DNA of 64,000 nt, from NCBI GenBank assembly GCA_017521985.1, contig JAFXAZ010000035.1, positions 625-64,624 on the forward strand, read 5' to 3'. Shown here in pieces: positions 6,566 through 14,336 of the stretch. The notes under the pieces are model-generated. The model saw only the letters and a list, made by a program, of their open reading frames with translations, was not told where the DNA came from and ran no database searches. The translations under genes were made by a program, and so were the position numbers. Position 1 is the stretch's first letter. The number at the start of each line of letters is the position of its first letter. Origin of the DNA: Lachnospiraceae bacterium (lineage in GTDB: Bacteria; Bacillota; Clostridia; Lachnospirales; Lachnospiraceae).

Positions 6566-9181
6566 TTAATCGATTGTAATTTCTAATACATTTTCATATC
6601 CCTTGTGATATGCACAAGAAACGGTTTTACTATCGCCGTCTACCGTTACAGTAACATCATAATCTCCGTAGAAACCACGAACTGTAGCAATACCGGAAGC
6701 ATTAGTAGTAGCCTTTGCATCTCTAGTCCACCACTTATTGTATACAAGGTCAGCAAATACCTGACCAGCCGGCTTCAAATTCCAGTTACCATCATAGATA
6801 GGAGAATATGTTGCAAAATTACTGCCATCCCAGAAGCCCCACATCAAGAAACCATCCATACTTTCTTCTGCAAAGCATGAAATCATAACATCTCTCATAT
6901 AGTTAGCCTGTAATGCCTGATCTGGAATAGAACATGAGAATTCAGTAATCTTTAATCTCTTACCATAATCTGCCTCAAGCTTATCATAGAATGCCATAAG
7001 TTCTGTAGGCATCTTAAATGCTGCAATATTATCATAGTGAGACTGGATACCAAGACCATCATAGTCTACATCCAACTCTTCAAACAAATCTAAGTACTCG
7101 ATATACTCAGGTTTCCATACATCAGATGCTTCGTTGTAGTAAAGCATTGTGTCTTCACCAGCAATTGCTCTTGCCATTTCGAACCATTTTACAAATAACT
7201 CTGCACCATGTGCTTTTTCAAATACATTATTTGTAACAATTTCATTTACAACATCCCAATCCACCATATCCGGGAATGTGCCAATAATACTTTCAAAATG
7301 ATCTTCACAATATTCAAGCAATTGTTCTTTATCGTCAATACATGCTGTGCCATTGTCTTTAAATAATCTTTCAGGCATTAAATATGTAGTACCATCGGAA
7401 GCAAATGCTCTCTGCCAAATCAATGGATGACCTCTGAAGTACTTTGCACCTGCTGTTTTAGCTGCTTCTACCTGTGCTGCTGCTTCATCCGGATGTGCTT
7501 CAAATGGTGCCCACTTCATGATATGTTCTGCTACACCGGTATTGAATAAAGCACCATATTTTTCCTGTGTTGTGGCATCAGTAATTGAAGAATTCACAGA
7601 AGTACCAAACTGGAATTCATGTTCAAACATATCAAATTCTACTTCTGCATTTGGAATCACGTTTCCGTTAGCATCCTTTACAACAACTGTGAAATCACCT
7701 TTTCTAATTTCTTCGATTCTTTCGTTTGCTGCTGTTCTCCATTCTGCATCCTTTGCTAATTCAGTATATGTACTTGCACTAGATGTTGACGGTAAATCAT
7801 CAACTGTTAATGTAGTTTTATGAGTGAAGTTGATAATTTCAAATCCACCAATTTCAACTGTACCTAAGTTTGAACATGCTCTTATACCGATAGAAGTTGC
7901 TTTTGGATTAGATCTAACTGCTTTATAAGGCACGAATATTATTGACCATTCATCATCGATAGTATAATTTAAGAACACATCTTTTTTATAACTTCCTGAT
8001 GGCTGCTCAATCTGAATATAAACTTCGTTTGCACCATCACCACCGTCATTCGTACTTCTTGCCCAAAATGCACAAAGCATAATGGAATTTATTGCAGGAT
8101 CTTCCGTTAAGTTTGGATGCTTAGGTTTTGCAGTTGTTTTAACAACATAGTCTGATGTTTTTGCAGGAACAGTGGTACAATTAATACGAAGTACTCTGTT
8201 AAATGCACCTTCCGGTCCTTCAAGTGCTACTACCTCATCTGTACCATATGCACTTGTATCTGTTTCTCTACTAGCTAATGGAATAATACCATCTAAAAAC
8301 TCATCTGCTGTGGTTACGACCGTACCCTGCGCCTTAACCTGATTGTATAATGCAAGCTGCTCTTCTGCGGATAGGCCTTCAAAGTGCATAATATCATTCA
8401 AGTCACTGCTTAATGTAAACTGAGTAGGTACATTTCTATGTACTGTACTTACAAGTTCTGCCATACCGACTTTCTGACTTCCCTCATCATTATATGTAGC
8501 ATCTTTGTCATACTGATTGCCAAAGCTATCTTCTTCTTTTGCAAGCTGTCCTGCTACAACCTGAACATCAATATCAAGTGTTTTGCCCTGATAATCATTT
8601 CCGGCATCTTCGTCCATATGTACAGCTAATGCGAAGCAATCATTGCTTCCTTCTTCAGCAAGCTGTCCATTCTGTGCTGCTGTAATAGTACCTCTTGGTA
8701 CATCTCCCACCTCAACACCGTCCATTGCTGCAAGAGTTTCCCAATCTGTGATATTTGCTTGTGCAAATGACTCTGCTGTTGCACCGTTTACAATAGCGTA
8801 ATCCAACACACTTGCCAGGTTAATCTTGTCTTCCGTATCTGTATCTTTTACAGTCAGTACAATATTGTACTTTAACGCAAGACTTCCCATATTCTTTACC
8901 TGAAGGAATACAATTTCTGTCTTGCCTGGTTCCCAGCTTACACCGTTACCAGTACTTTCGCTAAAAATATCTCCTTCTCCGTCAGCAATGCTAACGTAAC
9001 CATTACCATCCTGCTTGTCCATTAATAAATCTACCTTCAAGGTACCTGCCTGAATACGGTTGCCTGTGTTAGATACATTACTTGTGAACCACGCCATGGT
9101 GCTTCCAAGAAACATTGAAACACATAGTATTAATGATAGAATACTACTTAACAATGCTTTCTTTTTGTTTACTTTTTTCAT
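6566..9181 (-). CDS. 871-aa fusion: SipW-type signal peptide + TasA/camelysin-like domain + CBM4_9/22-like module + GH10 endo-1,4-beta-xylanase + C-terminal Ig-like domain
   Basis: N-terminus LGSTMAWFTSNVSNTGNRIQAGTLKVDL ... AGNDYQGKTLDIDVQVVAGQ. GH10 motifs GHPLIWQ, WDVVNE (acid/base Glu) and LKITEFS (nucleophile Glu). Confidence 0.8.
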   Translation of the reverse strand: MKKVNKKKALLSSILSLILCVSMFLGSTMAWFTSNVSNTGNRIQAGTLKVDLLMDKQDGNGYVSIADGEGDIFSESTGNGVSWEPGKTEIVFLQVKNMGSLALKYNIVLTVKDTDTEDKINLASVLDYAIVNGATAESFAQANITDWETLAAMDGVEVGDVPRGTITAAQNGQLAEEGSNDCFALAVHMDEDAGNDYQGKTLDIDVQVVAGQLAKEEDSFGNQYDKDATYNDEGSQKVGMAELVSTVHRNVPTQFTLSSDLNDIMHFEGLSAEEQLALYNQVKAQGTVVTTADEFLDGIIPLASRETDTSAYGTDEVVALEGPEGAFNRVLRINCTTVPAKTSDYVVKTTAKPKHPNLTEDPAINSIMLCAFWARSTNDGGDGANEVYIQIEQPSGSYKKDVFLNYTIDDEWSIIFVPYKAVRSNPKATSIGIRACSNLGTVEIGGFEIINFTHKTTLTVDDLPSTSSASTYTELAKDAEWRTAANERIEEIRKGDFTVVVKDANGNVIPNAEVEFDMFEHEFQFGTSVNSSITDATTQEKYGALFNTGVAEHIMKWAPFEAHPDEAAAQVEAAKTAGAKYFRGHPLIWQRAFASDGTTYLMPERLFKDNGTACIDDKEQLLEYCEDHFESIIGTFPDMVDWDVVNEIVTNNVFEKAHGAELFVKWFEMARAIAGEDTMLYYNEASDVWKPEYIEYLDLFEELDVDYDGLGIQSHYDNIAAFKMPTELMAFYDKLEADYGKRLKITEFSCSIPDQALQANYMRDVMISCFAEESMDGFLMWGFWDGSNFATYSPIYDGNWNLKPAGQVFADLVYNKWWTRDAKATTNASGIATVRGFYGDYDVTVTVDGDSKTVSCAYHKGYENVLEITID

Positions 9182-9320
9182 TGTCTTTCATCCTTTCTTA
9201 ATAAATATAATTTTCGTAACCTATCCATTACATTTTTATTAGAACCTACATGTCTAATTATTACAATGACGTTTTCGTTAACGCATATACGCTTTTTATA
9301 TTTAGGTTAATATCAAAAAA

Positions 9321-9343
9321 ATCCGCGGATTTCTCCACGGATT
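9321..9343 (-). terminator. Rho-independent terminator downstream of the GH130 gene (bidirectional shape)
   Basis: ATCCGCGGA-TTTC-TCCACGGAT hairpin flanked by an A-run and a T-run. The minus strand reads hairpin then TTTTTTT. Confidence 0.6.
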
Positions 9344-9447
9344 TTTAAATACAGGAAACATTATCTTAATATTAGGAAAAGCCCGCTTTTACGAGCCTCT
9401 TCTGAAAGGGATATATATGATTATACTTGCAGCACAAAAAAAGAAAT

Positions 9448-10452
9448 CTAAAGTCTACCCAAACAAAGGTCTACCAAATCCTGAACCTTTGCCGTTGCCA
9501 TACATTCTACGGTGTCATTCAAACCATAATATATTTTTGCCGTACCATCTTCTTCTGCAATAAGACCGCCCGGGAAAATAACATTGGTGCGGAAGCCTTC
9601 GTTTTCTTCATAATCTCCTTCCGGTGCAATCAATGGCTCTTTATACATGCCAATTACTTTAGAAGGATTTTCTAAATCCAACAACATTACACCTACACAA
9701 TAACGTTTCTGCCACTTTGGTTCCCATCCATTTTTTTCGCGCTCCGTGTCTTTATCCACGGTGTGGAATAATACCAGCCATCCCTCTTTTGTCTTAATCG
9801 GAGGTGCTCCAGGACCGATTTTATCATTTGCATATGGAACATGCTCCACGCCTAAAAGAAGCTCAGCCTCGCCCCAATATCTTAAATCAGGAGACTTAGA
9901 CATCCAAATGTCAAAACGGTCTTTTCCCCCTCTGGAATATACCGGAAATGGACGCTCTAAACGTACATATTTTCCATCCACTTTTTCCGGGAACAATACC
10001 ATATTTCGATTATCCGGTACGGTCAGAGATAATACTTCCACTGTTTTGAAGTCGTCCGTCACTGCTACTCCGCCTCTTACACCATGATTGGTATCCACAG
10101 CAAAGCAAAGATAACAACGGTCATCGATTACCGTTAATCGTGGGTCATACACTCGCTTTACATCCGGGTCATTCATATCCTCAACCGTTAGAAATGGCTT
10201 ATCTTGTACGTCCCAATGAATACCATCCTCTGAAAAAGCAATACCAATTACACACTTTCCAAATCGGCTGATACCATTAAACTGTGAATCATTTCTAAAA
10301 ACCATGACATACTTGCCACGAAATTTTGTGACGCCGGCATTAAAAATACACTCTGCATCATAAGGAATGTTTTTTTTACTTAATACCGGTTTCCCACCCC
10401 GATAACGTGTAATTACAGGGCTTGATTTTAATTCCGGAAACATTTTTCCCAT
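9448..10452 (-). CDS. GH130 family glycoside phosphorylase (beta-1,4-mannoside/mannooligosaccharide phosphorylase-like)
   Basis: Typical GH130 blocks: IFNAGVTKFRGKYVMVFR, YDPRL, VLFPEKVDGKYVRLERPF, GPGAPPIKT. Confidence 0.8.
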   Translation of the reverse strand: MGKMFPELKSSPVITRYRGGKPVLSKKNIPYDAECIFNAGVTKFRGKYVMVFRNDSQFNGISRFGKCVIGIAFSEDGIHWDVQDKPFLTVEDMNDPDVKRVYDPRLTVIDDRCYLCFAVDTNHGVRGGVAVTDDFKTVEVLSLTVPDNRNMVLFPEKVDGKYVRLERPFPVYSRGGKDRFDIWMSKSPDLRYWGEAELLLGVEHVPYANDKIGPGAPPIKTKEGWLVLFHTVDKDTEREKNGWEPKWQKRYCVGVMLLDLENPSKVIGMYKEPLIAPEGDYEENEGFRTNVIFPGGLIAEEDGTAKIYYGLNDTVECMATAKVQDLVDLCLGRL

Positions 10453-10639
10453 AGTAGTTCTCCTTTACGATAAAAATTAACCATTCAACCGCTGGTCAAT
10501 TTTACTGTATCATTAAATTCTCAAAAAATCTGTGCAGTTATTTATATAAACTATGCAAAAACTCATTTTTAGTTGAAAAAAGTGTATTTTTTGTTTATAC
10601 TAAAAAGCGAAATGAACTGTTTTATGTAGGTAAAAGATT

Positions 10640-11458
10640 ATGAAAACCAATGTACGACTCATAAAGAAAAAGCAAGATTACAAACAGGAAATCTTTTTTG
10701 AACGAAAAAATCTAAACATATCCAGCACCGTTCACTGGCATGATTTTTATGAAATAGATATTATTTTGTCCGGAAGCGGGACAACGATGATAAACGGCAA
10801 AGACCACCTGCTGAGCGAAGGAACTATGAGTTTCTTGACTCCATCCGATTTTCACGATATAACGTCTTCCGGTTTAAGTATTTTTAATATTCAATTTTCA
10901 GAAGATTGTGTGGACTATGAAATCTTAAACGCATTGATTCATACGAATAGCAGAATATGTCATTTGGATCAAGCCCAAACAGAAAGTATATGCAAGCTAT
11001 GTGCTCTGCTTGAAACAGCGCACATGAACACTGCATACCAGAAGATATATTATCAGAAAATATTAGAAAGTATTTTTTTGATTTTTTTGCAGAATGTACA
11101 CGCCACTGGCGAAAAATCTACACAGACAGAGCCGGATATCATTCAGCAGATTATTGTTTACCTAAATATGCACTTTATGGAAAATCCATTATTAAAGGAA
11201 ATTGCCGAGCAGTTTCACCTGAACGAAAACTATCTTTGTATGCTGTTCAAAGAACAAATCGGTGAAAATTACAAAAGTTATCTGCGCAGCCTCAAACTAA
11301 ATCACGCAGAAAAACTTATTATATACACCAATATGCCCATCACTGAAATTGCTTTCAGCAGCGGGTATAATACACTTTCGCATTTTAACAGGGAGTTTAA
11401 AAGTATGTTTCATATTACTCCTTTGGAAATGAGAAAGCAGGCGAATTTTTCCCAATAA
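10640..11458 (+). CDS. AraC-family transcriptional regulator (cupin sensor + HTH)
   Basis: N-terminal cupin region HWHDFYEIDIIL. C-terminal AraC HTH ...ITEIAFSSGYNTLSHFNREFK. Divergent from the GH130 gene. Confidence 0.85.
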   Translation: MKTNVRLIKKKQDYKQEIFFERKNLNISSTVHWHDFYEIDIILSGSGTTMINGKDHLLSEGTMSFLTPSDFHDITSSGLSIFNIQFSEDCVDYEILNALIHTNSRICHLDQAQTESICKLCALLETAHMNTAYQKIYYQKILESIFLIFLQNVHATGEKSTQTEPDIIQQIIVYLNMHFMENPLLKEIAEQFHLNENYLCMLFKEQIGENYKSYLRSLKLNHAEKLIIYTNMPITEIAFSSGYNTLSHFNREFKSMFHITPLEMRKQANFSQ

Positions 11459-11471
11459 AAAGACGCTATAT

Positions 11472-12014
11472 CTATTTATGCTTACAGCCGCCACAGCCCG
11501 CGCAGCCCCTATCGTTTCCCACTTCCATAGTGGCCATGCTTCTTGGGCTGGTCAGCAAGCAGATTGCCTGGGCGGAAATCCCTTCACCGGTACCGGTAAA
11601 GCCCAGTCCCTCTTCGGTGGTTGCCTTTACATTGACCTGTTCGATATCAAGTCCCAGGCATTTTGCAATATTGGCACGCATAGTATCAATGTGCGGGCGC
11701 ATTTTTGGCGCCTGTGCAATAATGGTGGCATCGATATTTTCAATAAAATAGCAGTTTTCTTCTAATAAATTGCCCACATGCTCCAAGAGCTTCATGGAAT
11801 CCGCACCTTTGTACTTAGGGTCTGAGTCCGGAAAATGCTTGCCGATATCGCCAAGGGCCGCTGCCCCCAAAAGTGCATCGGAAATTGCATGTAACAATAC
11901 ATCCGCATCCGAATGTCCCAGTAGGCCCTTCTCATAAGGAATCTTCACACCGCCTATAATTAAATCTCTATCCGGCACCAGTCTGTGCACGTCATAACCC
12001 ATACCAATTCTCAT
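11472..12014 (-). CDS. ispF: 2-C-methyl-D-erythritol 2,4-cyclodiphosphate synthase
   Basis: [12 protein letters not shown]...[31 protein letters not shown]. Carries an unusual ~25-aa Cys/Gly-rich C-terminal extension. Confidence 0.9.
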   Translation of the reverse strand: MRIGMGYDVHRLVPDRDLIIGGVKIPYEKGLLGHSDADVLLHAISDALLGAAALGDIGKHFPDSDPKYKGADSMKLLEHVGNLLEENCYFIENIDATIIAQAPKMRPHIDTMRANIAKCLGLDIEQVNVKATTEEGLGFTGTGEGISAQAICLLTSPRSMATMEVGNDRGCAGCGGCKHK

Positions 12015-12073
12015 TGTTATATCCTTTCATTCACTAATAATCAAGCAATCCGACTTATTTCATCTCTTTTTTA

Positions 12074-13063
12074 TTATTTCACTGGTTCCGTGGTCAGTTC
12101 GAAAATCAACAATTCCACACTCATTTTGTCCTGAAGGGTTCCTGTTTTGATAGCCTCATCTGCTTGAATGCAGCGTTCTAATGCACACTTTAACTGTGAG
12201 GTCTTGTACAATCCCGCCTGCTTCAAATATTTATTTACTGCAAAAGGCGGCACACCTATCTTGCCTGCCATGGTTTTATTGTCCGCACCACGCTTTTTTA
12301 AATCCTTAATCTGCAACAAAATATTCATATGCCTGCCAATCAAAAACAAAATACGAATAGGTGGCTCCCGAAGTGCCTGCAGTTCATTATACAATGCCAG
12401 TGCCTTTGTCTGGTCGCGCACACCAATGGCATCCACCATGTCAAAAATATGGCTGGTAATACGTGTGATGCACACTGCCTCCACATCATCCCGCTCAATC
12501 ACAGGCTTGTCTAACGTATAGCAAAGAAGCTTTTCCAACTCCAAACGGATGATATTCATGTCCGTTCCGGTTTTTTCCAAAAAACATTCCAAGGTCTGCC
12601 CGGTAATCTGCTTGCCTTCCTTTTTCAGCATGCCGAGAATCCATTTTTTGAGCGTAGCCTCATCCTGAACACCAAATTCCACACATAACCCTGCTTTATC
12701 TGCCGCCTTAAAAAGCTTGCTTCGCTTGTCGCAGTCGCTTTCCACCAAAATCCACGTGGTAGTCTCACAAGGCTGTGTAAAGTAATTCGCCAGTTCCTCA
12801 CCGCCGCTTTTGAGCACTCCCGTACCTTCCATCACAATCACACGACGCTCCGCAAAAAAGGGCATCGTTTCCGCAAAATCAATCAATTGAGGAATGGAAT
12901 AGTCCTTGCCCTGCACATGCCAAAAATTCATGGCATCGCCTTCACCAAGCACTGCCGATACAAGCTTGTCTCTATACTGTTTTTGTAAATACGCTTCCTG
13001 CCCATACAATACATATGCATTGCGAAAGCTTCTGTTATTAATATCCTCTAAAATACGTTTCAT
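12074..13063 (-). CDS. holA: DNA polymerase III delta subunit
   Basis: The N-terminus ...YVLYGQEAYLQKQY and the overall length are typical of HolA. In Firmicutes holA normally follows comEC. Confidence 0.85.
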   Translation of the reverse strand: MKRILEDINNRSFRNAYVLYGQEAYLQKQYRDKLVSAVLGEGDAMNFWHVQGKDYSIPQLIDFAETMPFFAERRVIVMEGTGVLKSGGEELANYFTQPCETTTWILVESDCDKRSKLFKAADKAGLCVEFGVQDEATLKKWILGMLKKEGKQITGQTLECFLEKTGTDMNIIRLELEKLLCYTLDKPVIERDDVEAVCITRITSHIFDMVDAIGVRDQTKALALYNELQALREPPIRILFLIGRHMNILLQIKDLKKRGADNKTMAGKIGVPPFAVNKYLKQAGLYKTSQLKCALERCIQADEAIKTGTLQDKMSVELLIFELTTEPVK

Positions 13064-13156
13064 GGAAACCTCTTGCTTTCATGCTAGTCATGCACACGCG
13101 TTACTTTATTTAGTATACAAAAAATCAGACTGTCCGTCAATGAAATACAAATGTTT

Positions 13157-13963
13157 CTAGCTTTTGTCCTCACAAAATAACGTTTTAATAAGACCATCCA
13201 ATGCCCTTGTATTCAAGGGATTTTTCTTAGTTTCGTATGTAATAAACAAGTTTACACCTATATATATCCCATTTCTCTCGTATATATTAAATTTTCTAAT
13301 TACATTTTCCACATAATTACTGTCATCCATCATTCCTAAATGTTCTAAGTAAACCTCTTCCCTGTCCGGCATTTTAAGAATAGTAAAGTCAGGATGCAAC
13401 TTAATGTTGCCTTCCAATATTAGAGGACACTCGTATCGATAGGGAATCCCAAGTGCATATAGTTTATCTGCAATAATTTTTTCTGATTTAGACCTGACCG
13501 ATTCTCCTCTCTCTGTAATAATTTCCGGGGTATCGTCTGCAAAGGCTTTTCCTTCATAAGCCTCCTCTTGCCAACACTTTATGTATTCCTCGTCGGATAG
13601 CACAACTGGATTAATTAATTCCCTACGATATAAATTAAACTTATTATATATTGCCTTCAAATTAGCCCTCTCATATTTCTGTAAAAATACATTAATTGCT
13701 TTTCTCCTCTCCTCCGCAGCTTTTATTACTTGTGCATCATAATCTCTCTGTGCAATTGCCTTAGCCACTTCATACTCATTCTTTTTCATATATCTTCCAT
13801 TTCTACCAGTTTGTACACTTTTCAGATAATATTCTATCCCGTCCGGCTTTTTTGATATACGCAAATAGCCTTCCGGTGCTGTTTGAAGTCTTTTCTTTGC
13901 TTTTTGCACTATTTTCTCTAAATTTAATGCTTCTTCTCTAAGCTCAGAATGAATTGTTTTCAT
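13157..13963 (-). CDS. Hypothetical protein with an N-terminal coiled coil and a C-terminal PD-(D/E)XK/TnsA-N-like nuclease fold
   Basis: C-terminal pattern VRSKSEKIIADKL...IKLHPDFTIL...EVYLEHLG resembles restriction-endonuclease-like folds. ATG at 13963 preferred over the GTG at 13984. Confidence 0.4.
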   Translation of the reverse strand: MKTIHSELREEALNLEKIVQKAKKRLQTAPEGYLRISKKPDGIEYYLKSVQTGRNGRYMKKNEYEVAKAIAQRDYDAQVIKAAEERRKAINVFLQKYERANLKAIYNKFNLYRRELINPVVLSDEEYIKCWQEEAYEGKAFADDTPEIITERGESVRSKSEKIIADKLYALGIPYRYECPLILEGNIKLHPDFTILKMPDREEVYLEHLGMMDDSNYVENVIRKFNIYERNGIYIGVNLFITYETKKNPLNTRALDGLIKTLFCEDKS

Positions 13964-14007
13964 AATCTTCCTGCTTCCTCCCACTTTTTTTCATATTTTA
14001 CAGTTCA

Positions 14008-14336
14008 AGTCGGGCTTTGGACTTCCCTTTTCCCGACTGATTATCTTATTTAACTTCTCAGATAGGGGAACTTTTGCCCCTTTCCCCCGACCGCCTACAC
14101 CTTTTTTCATTCCCGGTCGGGGGCATCCTACACACTTGCCCCGACTATCTACACCTCTTTTCATCTCCGGTCGGGGGTATCCCGCACATTTGCCCCGACT
14201 ACCTGCTTCTCTTTTCATCTCCGGTCGGGGTAACCACTAGCATTTCCCCCGACCGCATGTCTCATTTGCTCTTTCAGGTCGGGAGAATCACATGCACTTA
14301 CCCCGACCGACTGCATCACCTTCCACCTTCAGTCGG
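14008..14336. repeat. Tandem array of ~6 degenerate ~54-nt units, each forming a CCCCGAC...GTCGGGG hairpin
   Basis: Stems at 14084-14093/14114-14123 (perfect 10 bp), 14139-14145/14170-14176, 14193-14199/14224-14230, 14248-14254/14277-14283 and 14307-14312/14331-14336. A further inverted pair lies at 14008-14014/14032-14038. Loops and linkers are also conserved. Confidence 0.85.

Noticed and set aside
13991-14218. 75-aa ORF with the repeated peptide MKR...SRGKC.G.PRP
   Set aside because: The periodicity simply mirrors the 54-nt hairpin DNA repeat. There is no RBS or start context. It is better explained as non-coding repeat DNA.
14008-14336. Possible CRISPR array (regularly spaced palindromic repeats)
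   Set aside because: The inter-stem 'spacers' and the loops are themselves conserved between units. The period is ~54 nt with only ~6 units. No cas genes or leader are present. This is a tandem repeat, not repeat-spacer architecture.
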